Of a stretch of DNA of 64,000 nt, positions 1 through 11,031 are shown one piece after another. The notes under the pieces were generated by a model. The model was not told the DNA's origin and did no database searches. It saw nothing but the letters and a program-made list of their open reading frames with translations. The position numbers and the translations under genes are program-made. Origin of the DNA: Candidatus Freyarchaeum deiterrae (GTDB lineage Archaea > Asgardarchaeota > Jordiarchaeia > Jordiarchaeales > Jordiarchaeaceae). Location of the stretch: positions 1,824,001 to 1,888,000 of the forward strand of contig CP147778.1 in the NCBI GenBank assembly GCA_037305845.1, given 5' to 3'. Every line of letters begins with the position of its first letter. Position 1 is the stretch's first letter.

Positions 1-3000
1 AGCAGTGTGCAGTGGAGAGTGTACATGATTGCGGATGAAACTACTGGGCGGTGGGAGATACCTTATGGCTACAGTGATATTTGGAATGATACCACTCCTG
101 TTGGTGGCGACACATACACGGCTAATTGGAACACCACTGCTCTGAATGTGAGCGAGTGGCAGACTCATCGTTACGTGGTGGTGTTTAGGGCCACGGATAA
201 TAATACTGTTCCCAGCACTGTTTACCGTAATGTTACTGTTGTCGTGGATAATGATAATCCGAATATTATTAGTGGCCCCAATATCGTTGCTTCGAATAAT
301 GTAGAGGAGGGGTTCAGTTATAACGAGGCTGGTACTGTTATTTACACAAAGTGTGATACCGCTAGCTTGACCTTTGCGGTTAGTGATTTTAGATCGAGTT
401 TGTTTTATGATATCGAGCATAATTGGAGTCGGGCTAATCTGGAGGCTTATCTAGGTTGTTTGAACATCACAGTACTTGACGAGTACGAGGATGGAAGTAG
501 ACTTTACTCGGATTATATTATGGTTGAGGGTTCTGGAAGCTTTTTCCTAGAAATCGATAACTATGCCTTGATTAACGGAACGCATAATCTCACGATTACT
601 GCGAATGACTTGGCTGGGAACATGAATCAGAGCATCCGAAAGATTGACGTGGTGGTGGATAAGACTCCGCCGATTGTAATCCCTATTCTGCCGAGAAACG
701 GGATGTGGCTCAAACGTATTATAAGTGCCAACTGGCTTCTAGAGCCTATTCTGAACCTTTACAGTTGGCTCTCTAGTCTATTAGATGAAGGAGAGCGTAC
801 ACCCAGCTGGGAAGAAGGTGTTCTCTTCGGTGTGTATGTCGACGACCTTGATTCTCCAGTTTTAACCAATGCTATCTGGTTGGACCTGTCTAATCGTCCA
901 GGACTACACTTCACAATGTCACCCGATTACCATCAATATATGGGTATGTTTGATGAGCTTCCTGAACAATGGATTATATATGATATGTTCAGTATGATAA
1001 ATAAGGAAGGTAGTGAGGATATCTTTTCTTCACTTCTTGCAGGCAGTGGGTATACTGATTTAGGTCTCATAAAATTTAAAGAATTGTACGGTGATAATGT
1101 TTTCTGGTACGGTGCGTATTTCACACCCCTTGATTTCTTCTTTAACATTTGGAGCCTTAGTTGTCTCAATCCTACTACTTTTACGTGTAAATTCACGGCT
1201 TGGGATAAAGCGGGCAATATTGGAACCGTTTATTCCACGTTTGGCATTATTCCATACTCTGATAAATATTCTCTTCATTTTCAAGGATCAGATAATTATT
1301 ATTATGGATGTGCTTCATTTGCTGCTTACGTTCAAATGATTCAACAAGAAATTGAGAGCGCGCACCTGCGGGGAAACGGAACCAGTCAGGGGGGCTCTGC
1401 CCGAGGTGTAGACGAGTCTGGTTCCGAGCTGGTCTTCAATGGACTTGCCCCTATGGGTGTTTCCGAGAAGAGTGCTTCTAGTTTTGGCCTCTTTTCTAGT
1501 GATTATGATGTTTGTGGAGGAACTGGTGAGGGTGGTAATGAAAGTGGTGGAGAACCTCTTGAGAACCCAGTTACCGTGGAGCAGGCTTTGAATTACGAGT
1601 TCTCCGAGGATGTCTCTTTCCTTCCCTGGATGAAGATGTCGTTCCGAGTCTTTGGGTCTCCTCGGGATATTAGTTTGAACGTGAAGTTCGGTGTTGCTCC
1701 GTATATTCGATTGTTCTTTGATCCGTTGAGCTTTGAGCAGTATGGAAGCAAGGAGGACAGTGCGCTTCTACGCTCTACTCCTGACACTTGGAACACTTTC
1801 ACGATACCCTTGTACCGCATGGCTAAGGAGCTGGGCTTGTTTAATGGTTTTAACGCTCCTACTAACATCAGCACGATTAGTGTTAGTGCTTATGGTGAGC
1901 GTAAGACTTGGGAGAGTTGGGCGATTTTCGATAACTTCTGGGTGGCGACGCCGGTTCCTCTGGTTGAGGATTACGCGGAAAAGGCGGCTCTCTCCCGCGA
2001 CAACTACTACAAGATTCTCAACGTTACTAAGGAGAGTAATTTTGAGCTTTTGAAGCAGGACATTTCTGAGATTTTTGCGGCGAGCTACATGGGTGACTTT
2101 GAGTACTTGGCGGAGGTTCTGGGGATTTTCACTCAGCACCTGTTTCCATCGGGCGAGATGGCGGAGTTCACGGACGCCTCTGTCCGAGTCATAAGCTATA
2201 ATAACAGTTTGAATGAAAGCGTGCCCCTGTTCGTGTTATACAGCTTCCCAGGAGGTTTGGAGAACGTTTCCTTCTTAGCCGCCTATAACTATACTAATAT
2301 TCCGAATTTGGATCTTTCGCGAGAGGCGGTACTTAACGCTAACCTCACGCAATTGTGTCAACTGCTGGCTCGGGGCGGAGGTGTGCTTACGCCTTATGGT
2401 TTAAGTGACCAAGATTTGGCGTATCTGCCGTATGGTACGGCGAGCTTCGTTATAATTAATGATACGGTTTGTATTGACCGTTTGAGCGCCAAGCCGTGCA
2501 CCATCCAGAGCGTGCTGGCTACCATTGCCAGTATTGCGGAGAGGGTGTGGAATCACAAGTGTGTGGCTCAGGTTGTGGAGCAGGAGGAGGAGGCTCAGGA
2601 GATTGGGTCTCTGAGAGCGTTCATTAACGAGGAGGCTTATCGGGTTGATACGTTCAATAAGTTGCTGGCGGCTTTGCAGTGGGTTAACTACATGCACCCG
2701 TATAACTGGGACAAGAAGAGCTTTGATGTTCTCCTCGACCCTGTTAATAGCCCTTACTGGCTCTCCTACACTTATGCGGCTTGGGGTAACGAGACTGGGT
2801 ATGAGCGGCTGAGCGAGTGTCTGGCTAATATTACTCAGATGCTGGATTTTGGCGATTACTTCGGAGCTCCGCCGGTGTTCATCACTTCTGGTGAGTATAA
2901 CCGTACCGCGGGTGCGGCGGGGGAGAAATGTGTGCTTATCTATAAGGCTCTAGAGAGGGATGCAAGCTGGAATTATCTATTGGGTGCGGTTCAGGGTGAG

Positions 3001-6000
3001 ATTTTGTGTGCTATATTTAATGACACTGATGTTTTGAATGTGGCTAGGGAGTTCGGGAGGCGGGTGAACTCCACACTGGCGGATGTTTACGTTTACCTCG
3101 CGGAAATGGCTTTCATGTATACCAGACCCTACAACACAGAGGATATACTCGGTAGTCCTGTTTCTGAAAATATACAAGCATTGTTCAGCGGGTCTCTTGG
3201 AGGAGTCGAACAGATTCTCAGTAACATAGGGGAGTTTGCTGATAACCTTACTATGCTTCCCTTCCTTAATCTTAAGAATACATTGGACATTATGTTCATG
3301 CAAAAACTCAACAAACAATTGGCAATTTTGGGCGTGGGTATGGGTTTGGGACCAACGGGGTTTAAAGACGTCATAGATAGGTTAGGGGATGAAGAAACAT
3401 CTAAGGCAAGTTCGGTTTACTCTTCAGAAGAAGACTATATTATAGACCCTGAGTTACTTTCAGTTTCTTGCCCACTAATTCCAATGCCTTCGGAATCATT
3501 TCTCTATGAAAGCTCAGAATCACACTGGAGATCGGTAATAGATAATCCGTATACCAATTTTCTATTACCTGATATGGTGGAATACGCTAAGAAAGTGAAT
3601 GTGAATCTTCCAGAGGGACAGAAGAAGGGAATAATCAGCCCTATAATAAATACGGCTTTACAAACTTTTGGATTGGAGAGTGGGTCGATAGGCTCAGTTA
3701 TGCTTAGACTATTTGCAGCAGGACGATGGCCTGTGGGCCAACCCCTTAAAATATTCATTGACCAGAAAATTGCGGACTATATGAATTTACCTAAAACGAC
3801 CGACCTAAAAGTAGCTGACTACTGGTTTGAGAAGCTAATCGACGCTTCGCCTTGGTACTTGGATTTGACAACAGGCTTACTCGAGATGCTGGATGATTAT
3901 GAGAACCCGGCGGGTACAGTATACTGGGGAGTTGATGTTTTTAGCTCAATTCTTGTTCCTGCAGGGAGTGGTGGAGCGTTTCTCAAAGTTAGTGTTTCCA
4001 TCAAGAACGATCCTGGTACTTGCAACGGGAGATTAGCGTATCTAAGCATGAGAGATGGTGAGGGGAAATTGATTCTTAGTAACGAGAGGCTGGTATCGAT
4101 GGGATGGGGGATACTGAAAAACCACGACCTGCCCGACGGCGACGGTGTAGGGCAGCTCTGGCATAATGATAATGTTGAACTGTTTATTGATAGAAATACT
4201 GGGAGGATAACGAAGTACATGGTTCAAGATATGACTACTCTGAAAAACCCAGACTTGGATGAAGGCTTTGCTAATGGTCAGCGTTACGGTGCGGATAACA
4301 TGGATAGGGTGATCATTGATATACCTCAAGAAGGTGGTGAAGAGATGGTTGATTGTGATGTAACAAATCGCGAGTGGATGGGAAGCGCAAAGACTGGTTG
4401 CGGTATGACTCATATGTGCTTCGTTTTCAAAAATTTGGATAGGATTAACCCAGTTCAAACTATCTCCGGTGAAGATAAAGTATCTGGTATCCATAGATCT
4501 CTTTGGAAATCGAGAATAGCCTATGAAAAGGAGACAGGAGGATATAAAAACAGGCCGATGCAACAAGAAATTCCTGATGCCCCTGAATTTCAGTATTATC
4601 CTATTTTAAGATATTTAATACGTGATTTAGGTCTGTCATACGCTGAACCAATTTACAGAATGCGTATTGAAAATACTCCTGCATCTGATAAATCGGTACC
4701 ACAGATAAATAGTATCTTAGAATTATTTGATGTGGCTGCGCGTATGCCTCTGGATTGGGCTGTCATTAAAGATTTTGTGCACCATAACTTCATGGAACTA
4801 GAGTTGGACGTTATGACAAGTCCAGATAGAATAATTAGTGAGCGAACAAGCTATCTTTCACTGTTCCATGAGGCTCTACTAGATTACGATGGCAAGAAGG
4901 TCTTTGTTAGCCGAATTATGGATCTCCTTCTTTTATCTTACACTCATTGTCTCTTCGGAACCAGCCATGCTAACACCGAATACTTTGTTATTCCTGAGAA
5001 TACGATTAAGGAACAGCCTAAAGATGGCCTAGGAAACATAATACCTACGAGCGAGTGGGATCATAGTAAGAAATCCCTAGCAATATTCCTAGACCAAATG
5101 CCCTACCCCTCACAGCCCAAAGTTTCTCTAATAGCCATACCTGTATTCAAAGAGGGGGCGGGAATAACACAGCTTACTCCCATCGACAAGATATTTGAAC
5201 GCCAGCATAAACAGCCGAGTCCAGCTATCCCTATTGAAAATAAAGAGGAACTTGTGTATGGTAATGTGGAATATTACCTGTTATATCATTATGTTCCCAG
5301 TGACGTAGAGAATCCCTACAAACCTTACTCAAACATTGTAAATCCCAGTACAAACATTTTTGCTCCGGATGATCTAAAATTGGGAGACATGAACGAAATA
5401 ATCAAGTTCCTCAGAATCATGCAAAGGATATGTCAATTAACCGGTAGCTACGGTAGACCGGGCCAAGAGAATTACGATCGTTCCACTGCAGCGTTCCTAA
5501 AACAACTGGAGGGGTTGATGATGAATTATCAGGAGGCTGGTTTAAAAATATTCGAGGCGCTGGGTGGATTTGAGGCCATGGATAAGATGCGGGAATTTTA
5601 TCCACTCCACCCACTGACAAATACGCAACAACAAGGGCTAATCATGGTCAAGGACATGTTCAGTGACCTCTTCGATATTATAAATAGTAAGACGGCTACA
5701 GAACAAGAAAAAGCAGCTGCGCAAGGCCTTCTAAAGTCTCGTAAGGAAAGTTACCCTGAGGCTTGGGCTTTTTATGAAATTCTACCCGAAACTGATTGGA
5801 TTCCTACTGATATTAACGGTTTTATATTCCTTCTTTCAATTATAGGAGCTGAAAGAGTTGGAGGGAACATCTATATTCCAATGAAGTGGCATGAATCCAA
5901 TAACTTCTTCGCCTTCTCAACTGAGGATAAAGTAGGAGAAAATGAAAAAGGAGTGGCTACATTTAACCCCGATGAGTTTGTTGAAAAATTAAATAAATTA

Positions 6001-7953
6001 GGTACACCTATGAAAATTAAGCTGGTTAACGGAGAAATGGTGAGATATAAAGATGGCAGATGCCAGTTAGAGCCTTTCAAAGATGAGTTGGGCAATAAAA
6101 AAACGTTTGGTCTGCTTACCCCTGAGGAGCGTAGTCAGGTAGTTGCCATAAATCTTGAAACGAATGTTGACCCGTATCTTATTAGGAATGCTTTCGGAAA
6201 TAAGATAATGGTAAATGATAGGTTGCTGGTGGAGACTCCACAGGGTACTGACCCAATGAAGAACTGTCTTGAATGGTATAAGGCTGTTACGAAGTGTGAA
6301 TCGATTCGTACAGGAGGGCGACCTGCGGCTTTATACGCTTGTTGGAAATTTATTGCTGGAGAGTATTATGATTTAGAATTAGATATTGTAAAAGATAATC
6401 AGTTTAAACTTGAACTTCTTGATTACGCTATTGAAAAGTTCCACAAGTTGATTCCTGTAGAAATTCTTAAGATGTGGGAACTTCACACCGAATCGCATAA
6501 AGAGTTAAATGTTCTCCGCTCGGTTCTTCAGCTTTTTATTATAATTGATGCTACTGGTGCTAGTACTGAAGCTGGTGTCACACAAGATTTCGGTCAGCGA
6601 CGTGGAAGCCCTAAGGTGGATACCTTTTATATTAATCTTATAAATAAACTGACTGACGTAGTTAAGAGTGGTAATGTTTACGAGATTACGGGGCTCATCT
6701 TTACAGATGCCTTGATTTTTATGGCAAATGAACTGCAGAAGAACCCGAACACTGCATTTCAAGCCTTTATGCTTCACAATATTATCAAGTTGGGAAGCGT
6801 TGCGAGCGCTATTGAATCTCTACGACCTGAGAATGTTCTACACGGTGGGGCTATGACGCTTTGGAGTATCCAACTTTCTAAGATTATGACGGAGAAAATT
6901 GCAATGGCTTCAGAAAACCTAAAGAAATACAGTTCCGTAGAAACCGTCAAATCTCTATACGGTCAGGAACTCGTTGCTATGCTCAAGTACGAAGGATGTA
7001 ACGAAGCACAAATATCATACATCACGGGGTTCACGTTGGCAGAGGTAAACCAGTTTGTGCAGGAATGGAAGATTCGCTGTGATAAGGAAAATATAGAGGA
7101 AAGAATGGCGCAGGAAATATTTGTATCTGTGATTGATAAGGTCTGTCAGGTTGCAAACCTTAAGTTCACCGATAAGTTCAAATTCCAGTTGATAGCGGGA
7201 GGTAGCTTGACTCTCAACTCTCTTTACATGGCTGGAAAAAACGTGGTTCCCTTCCTCATGATATTCGCTCCTATTATGCAGGTAATCGGCTACACTGCTG
7301 TCAGCTGGTTTGAAGGTCGGTCAATCTCTCTTCTGCCCGTTTTCGGTAACGACTCTCTCTTTGGTGGGGCGGTAACCCGATGGTGCTTGGATCCCACTCA
7401 GAATATGCTCACCTCTATTCTGATGGGGTTCGCCGTGGAATTGACCGATTACATGGAGTTTGGGGCTGAGGGGAGTCCTTTCGCTGGAAAAAGCTTCGAA
7501 AAGTTGGGCAAAATCATAGACATGGACTATATTAACGTTATTTTGACTGGCTGTCAGGGTGGTATGATTAATCTTGGTTTGAGCTACGTTTCTGGGGATA
7601 CTATAGCTGACCTTATGAAGCCTCTTTTTGGTGTTGTGGGTATCGTTTCTATGATTCCTCAGGTTGATCAGTTCTACAAGACCTGCATCTGGCCCATCGC
7701 CAAATTTACACTAGGAGCCGCACTCATGGGTGGAATTAAACCTATCGTGGGGAGCGCCATCGCTAACGTGGCTGCAATTAACGCCATTAACGCTGCTGAA
7801 AATGCCTTCATGAACAGCGTGTTTGGCACAGGACTTTTTGATGACGTAACCTTTGATTTTAGCGCTTTTACTGATTATCTTCCAGGTTTCGGCTGGGGTG
7901 ACTACGATTACATTTCAAACTATATCACCCACTATATGTACGGGGTCTGGTAG
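1..7953 (+). CDS. Giant (>2648 aa) putative surface/secreted protein, 5'-truncated by the window; Ig-like repeats at the N-terminus, hydrophobic helical C-terminus
   Basis: Frame is open from base 1. Motifs LTITANDLAGN...VVVDKTPP and FTAWDKAGN resemble Ig-like/Big domains, there are many N-x-S/T sequons, and the last ~250 aa contain several hydrophobic segments. Confidence 0.7.
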   Translation, partial: SSVQWRVYMIADETTGRWEIPYGYSDIWNDTTPVGGDTYTANWNTTALNVSEWQTHRYVVVFRATDNNTVPSTVYRNVTVVVDNDNPNIISGPNIVASNNVEEGFSYNEAGTVIYTKCDTASLTFAVSDFRSSLFYDIEHNWSRANLEAYLGCLNITVLDEYEDGSRLYSDYIMVEGSGSFFLEIDNYALINGTHNLTITANDLAGNMNQSIRKIDVVVDKTPPIVIPILPRNGMWLKRIISANWLLEPILNLYSWLSSLLDEGERTPSWEEGVLFGVYVDDLDSPVLTNAIWLDLSNRPGLHFTMSPDYHQYMGMFDELPEQWIIYDMFSMINKEGSEDIFSSLLAGSGYTDLGLIKFKELYGDNVFWYGAYFTPLDFFFNIWSLSCLNPTTFTCKFTAWDKAGNIGTVYSTFGIIPYSDKYSLHFQGSDNYYYGCASFAAYVQMIQQEIESAHLRGNGTSQGGSARGVDESGSELVFNGLAPMGVSEKSASSFGLFSSDYDVCGGTGEGGNESGGEPLENPVTVEQALNYEFSEDVSFLPWMKMSFRVFGSPRDISLNVKFGVAPYIRLFFDPLSFEQYGSKEDSALLRSTPDTWNTFTIPLYRMAKELGLFNGFNAPTNISTISVSAYGERKTWESWAIFDNFWVATPVPLVEDYAEKAALSRDNYYKILNVTKESNFELLKQDISEIFAASYMGDFEYLAEVLGIFTQHLFPSGEMAEFTDASVRVISYNNSLNESVPLFVLYSFPGGLENVSFLAAYNYTNIPNLDLSREAVLNANLTQLCQLLARGGGVLTPYGLSDQDLAYLPYGTASFVIINDTVCIDRLSAKPCTIQSVLATIASIAERVWNHKCVAQVVEQEEEAQEIGSLRAFINEEAYRVDTFNKLLAALQWVNYMHPYNWDKKSFDVLLDPVNSPYWLSYTYAAWGNETGYERLSECLANITQMLDFGDYFGAPPVFITSGEYNRTAGAAGEKCVLIYKALERDASWNYLLGAVQGEILCAIFNDTDVLNVAREFGRRVNSTLADVYVYLAEMAFMYTRPYNTEDILGSPVSENIQALFSGSLGGVEQILSNIGEFADNLTMLPFLNLKNTLDIMFMQKLNKQLAILGVGMGLGPTGFKDVIDRLGDEETSKASSVYSSEEDYIIDPELLSVSCPLIPMPSESFLYESSESHWRSVIDNPYTNFLLPDMVEYAKKVNVNLPEGQKKGIISPIINTALQTFGLESGSIGSVMLRLFAAGRWPVGQPLKIFIDQKIADYMNLPKTTDLKVADYWFEKLIDASPWYLDLTTGLLEMLDDYENPAGTVYWGVDVFSSILVPAGSGGAFLKVSVSIKNDPGTCNGRLAYLSMRDGEGKLILSNERLVSMGWGILKNHDLPDGDGVGQLWHNDNVELFIDRNTGRITKYMVQDMTTLKNPDLDEGFANGQRYGADNMDRVIIDIPQEGGEEMVDCDVTNREWMGSAKTGCGMTHMCFVFKNLDRINPVQTISGEDKVSGIHRSLWKSRIAYEKETGGYKNRPMQQEIPDAPEFQYYPILRYLIRDLGLSYAEPIYRMRIENTPASDKSVPQINSILELFDVAARMPLDWAVIKDFVHHNFMELELDVMTSPDRIISERTSYLSLFHEALLDYDGKKVFVSRIMDLLLLSYTHCLFGTSHANTEYFVIPENTIKEQPKDGLGNIIPTSEWDHSKKSLAIFLDQMPYPSQPKVSLIAIPVFKEGAGITQLTPIDKIFERQHKQPSPAIPIENKEELVYGNVEYYLLYHYVPSDVENPYKPYSNIVNPSTNIFAPDDLKLGDMNEIIKFLRIMQRICQLTGSYGRPGQENYDRSTAAFLKQLEGLMMNYQEAGLKIFEALGGFEAMDKMREFYPLHPLTNTQQQGLIMVKDMFSDLFDIINSKTATEQEKAAAQGLLKSRKESYPEAWAFYEILPETDWIPTDINGFIFLLSIIGAERVGGNIYIPMKWHESNNFFAFSTEDKVGENEKGVATFNPDEFVEKLNKLGTPMKIKLVNGEMVRYKDGRCQLEPFKDELGNKKTFGLLTPEERSQVVAINLETNVDPYLIRNAFGNKIMVNDRLLVETPQGTDPMKNCLEWYKAVTKCESIRTGGRPAALYACWKFIAGEYYDLELDIVKDNQFKLELLDYAIEKFHKLIPVEILKMWELHTESHKELNVLRSVLQLFIIIDATGASTEAGVTQDFGQRRGSPKVDTFYINLINKLTDVVKSGNVYEITGLIFTDALIFMANELQKNPNTAFQAFMLHNIIKLGSVASAIESLRPENVLHGGAMTLWSIQLSKIMTEKIAMASENLKKYSSVETVKSLYGQELVAMLKYEGCNEAQISYITGFTLAEVNQFVQEWKIRCDKENIEERMAQEIFVSVIDKVCQVANLKFTDKFKFQLIAGGSLTLNSLYMAGKNVVPFLMIFAPIMQVIGYTAVSWFEGRSISLLPVFGNDSLFGGAVTRWCLDPTQNMLTSILMGFAVELTDYMEFGAEGSPFAGKSFEKLGKIIDMDYINVILTGCQGGMINLGLSYVSGDTIADLMKPLFGVVGIVSMIPQVDQFYKTCIWPIAKFTLGAALMGGIKPIVGSAIANVAAINAINAAENAFMNSVFGTGLFDDVTFDFSAFTDYLPGFGWGDYDYISNYITHYMYGVW

Positions 7954-8070
7954 TCGCAGTGACTGTGAGCCCCATAATGTTTTTTTAATTTTCAGGGATT
8001 TTTGGTGTACTTAGCTCTCAATATGGTGATGGTGAATTGAGTAATCAGCGGCTTTTTATTCCGAGAGAAC

Positions 8071-9237
8071 CTATGTTTTTTCGATTTGTCGTATGGCTTT
8101 TCTTATGGCTTCTGCCATGGTTACGTGGGATTCAGTTTCTTCTTCTTTCTTGAAGGTTTGTTGTGCGTAGGGTATGTCTGGGTTGTACTTTCCTTCTGGT
8201 GTTTCTCTGTATTCTTTCCCTAGGAGTTCTTCTAATGGTTCCAGTGCTCTCTGGTCTCCTATGTTTCCGAGAGCTTCTACGACCTTTATTCGAACGTCGC
8301 TTTTTTCTTCCTTTATAGCAAGTTTTATGAGTGAGTTTACCGCTCTTGGGTCTTTTGTTTTTCCTAGGGCTGTTGCTGCTTCTTTTCTAATGTCACTGTC
8401 TTCATCTTTTAGTGTTTGTATTAGTGGTTCCACCGCCCGCGGGTCTCCTATGTTTCCTAGGGCTGTTGCTGCTTCTTTTCTAACATCGTTCTGTAAGTCA
8501 TCCAGTGTTTGTATTAGTGGTTCCACCGCCCGCGGGTCTCCTATCTTTCCGAGCGCCCGCGCTGCCCCCTCTCGCAATTCTGAACTCCAGTTTCTTAGTG
8601 CCTGTATTAGTGGTTCCACAGTACGGGTGTCTTTTATCTGTCCGAGAGCTATTGCTGTTGCTTTTAAGGCAGATTCATCATAATCCTCTTTTAGTGCCTG
8701 TATTAGTGGTTCTACTGCTCTTTCATCTCCAATAATTCCAAGAGCAATTGCTACTGTCATTCTGACTAAGGGGTCTTCATCTTTTAGTGTTTGTATTAGT
8801 GGTTCTACTGCTCTTCGGTCGTTTATCTTTCCGAGTGCCCGTGCTGCCGCTATTCGAGCACTAGAATCTTTGTCTTTTAGTGTTTGTATTAGTGGTTCCA
8901 CGGCGTTCACGTCTCGTTCATCTCCTATCTTTCCGATGGTCGCTGCTGCGTTTGCCCTTACACCACCATGTTCATCTTTTAGTGCCTGTATTAGTGGTTC
9001 AATTGCTCTCCTTTCCCCAATCTCTCCAAGTGCCCACGCTGCTGCATTCCTAACATCTCCGTTTTTGTCTTTTAGTGTTTGTATTAGTGGTTCTACTGCT
9101 CTCTGGTCGCGTATGTTTCCAAGAGCAACTGCTGCTCTCCTTCGGGCGGTCGGTTCTTTATCTTTTAGTTCCTGTATGTGTTTTTCTACCGCTTTGTTTT
9201 CTTCTGTTTCTTCTGTGTTTTTCAAGGTGTTTGCCAC
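8071..9237 (-). CDS. HEAT/PBS-lyase repeat protein
   Basis: About 10 repeats of ~31 aa ([21 protein letters not shown]), also visible as ~93-bp DNA repeats. Confidence 0.9.
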   Translation of the reverse strand: MANTLKNTEETEENKAVEKHIQELKDKEPTARRRAAVALGNIRDQRAVEPLIQTLKDKNGDVRNAAAWALGEIGERRAIEPLIQALKDEHGGVRANAAATIGKIGDERDVNAVEPLIQTLKDKDSSARIAAARALGKINDRRAVEPLIQTLKDEDPLVRMTVAIALGIIGDERAVEPLIQALKEDYDESALKATAIALGQIKDTRTVEPLIQALRNWSSELREGAARALGKIGDPRAVEPLIQTLDDLQNDVRKEAATALGNIGDPRAVEPLIQTLKDEDSDIRKEAATALGKTKDPRAVNSLIKLAIKEEKSDVRIKVVEALGNIGDQRALEPLEELLGKEYRETPEGKYNPDIPYAQQTFKKEEETESHVTMAEAIRKAIRQIEKT

Positions 9238-9335
9238 TTCTACTTACGCCGTTTGTTTTTAGCTTGGCATCACTATAAAATATGTATGCCCTTAGTATAA
9301 ATACACTTGTTTTCTATGATGCTGCTGATTGTACG

Positions 9336-9446
9336 TCTGGGTTCAGCAGGGTTAGGAGTGATAACATGGTAGCCGTATGGGAACCGGTGACTAGATTACC
9401 CCCATAGAAAATAATGGCTTATAGTTAGTCCAGCTTGTGTGCATAC
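9336..9446 (+). repeat. Degenerate copy of the 16S rRNA 3' end plus trailer (copy 1)
   Basis: GTGATAACATGGTAGCCGTATGGGAACCGGTGACTAGATTACCCCC resembles the archaeal 16S terminus GTCGTAACAAGGTAGCCGTAGGGGAACCTGCGGCTGGATCACCTCCT. It is followed by the core GGCTTATAGTTAGTCCAGCTTGTG (9416-9439). Confidence 0.8.
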
Positions 9447-9818
9447 GCGTTCGTTTGGGTTTTCATTTACGGATTAGTATCGTTTTCTATTTTTGGTGAA
9501 CGATTGTTTTGTTTTTCAATTTTTGGAGGTTAGATGTTTTTCTATAAAATTGTAGACTCGCCTCAGGTGAACCAGTTTTGCAAGGGGCGTGTCTGACCGA
9601 TTGTGGAGCTTTCTATAGGCGCACAACTGATGGGTGGTGTAAAACTGGTTATTCAGAGTGCTTTTACTAATTGTATAGCTATAAATGCTGGAGTGGTTGA
9701 GCATAATTCTTGAATTCGCTGTGGGAGGCGCCAGCGTTTAGTGGCGTTACTGTTTCCACATTGATGGAGTATATTTCAATGAGCGGCTAGTACGACTACC
9801 TTTGTATTCTGTTACCTG

Positions 9819-10292
9819 TTATTTTATTAAAATCTGAAAAAGAGTACTCACTCTATCAACAAAATTTCGGGTTAATAATAGCACTTTTTCTATTGGTCTT
9901 TTGTTGGAGGATATTATTATTCTCTTTTTTAAACTAAATTCTTTACTGCGTCTTCCGATATGCTCTAAAATTACCGAATATAATGGGGGGTATAAATTAG
10001 GTAATTCGCTCTTAGATATTATGTTGATTTCAGGATACGTATTCTGAATTTTTTGTTGCGCAAGTTTTTTTTCTTCGTCGTCCATTACTACTAATATTCT
10101 CTTCGCATCTTTGTTTCCACTTTTTTCGAACAACTTTTCTGCTGCTTGAGTGTACCTGTTCCTGTTTCTTTCATATTCGAAACGTATTAAGCCGGAATAA
10201 GATGTAGCATCCGTTCTCTTATTAAATTCTAATACTTCAACATATCCTCCAGAAATAAACGCCAGATACATTTTCGTTTCATAGTGGTCCAA
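9819..10292 (-). CDS. Hypothetical protein
   Basis: 157-aa ORF in an AT-rich segment between repeat copies 1 and 2; no recognised motif. Confidence 0.55.
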   Translation of the reverse strand: MDHYETKMYLAFISGGYVEVLEFNKRTDATSYSGLIRFEYERNRNRYTQAAEKLFEKSGNKDAKRILVVMDDEEKKLAQQKIQNTYPEINIISKSELPNLYPPLYSVILEHIGRRSKEFSLKKRIIISSNKRPIEKVLLLTRNFVDRVSTLFQILIK

Positions 10293-10686
10293 TGATTCTA
10301 TTTTAGTTCATCTCCTGATAATTTTTTTGCGATTATATTAATATGAAATTATGAATATATAAGGAGCTACGAACTTACATCATACCCCTATGTTGTTGAA
10401 AATTTGTACCCTATCCTACCCCTATTATGGTAATTCTGGACTGCCTTGGTCTTCGTGGTCAAACATTAGTATCGTTTCCAGAAATTCGGTGGCGCGGAGT
10501 GCGGCTTTTCTGTTTGTGATGAGCTGTTTTTTCATCTGGTGTCCCTTCCTTCCTCTTATAATTGGAATAATGGTTTAAATATGCCTCGGAATTCTTATCT
10601 GAGTTAGGGTCTTAATAAAGAAATAAATTTTTCTTGTAAATAAAAAACTTGTTATATTTGTGAGGTTTCGTATGCATTTCTTTCTT

Positions 10687-10741
10687 TCACCTCCTTCGAG
10701 CAAAACGGGCTTATAGTTAGTCCAGCTTGTGCGTATATGGG
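10687..10741 (+). repeat. 16S rRNA 3'-terminus fragment plus trailer (copy 2)
   Basis: TCACCTCCTTCGA (anti-SD) followed by GGCTTATAGTTAGTCCAGCTTGTG (10708-10731). Confidence 0.8.
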
Positions 10742-11031
10742 TTTTTGGGCTTTCTTTTGTTCTATTGTTTTTTTCTTTAATGGGTTTGTTTGTGTGGTCT
10801 GTTGCAGTGTTTGTCTTTGAGCTTTCTTTTATTCTCTTTCTATAATCTTTTTTTAAGTCTCAGTGCGCACCTTAAAGTGATCTAAATTATTCCCAACAAA
10901 TTCTCCAAGTGTTACTTAGCCTCATCTCTACAATTCATCTAATTCTTTTAAAAAATACAAAAGAGAGAATTCTTTAAAAAAATTGAGCGGGAAGCAAAAT
11001 TTTTATACTATGTGAAATAAATTTAGAAAGC

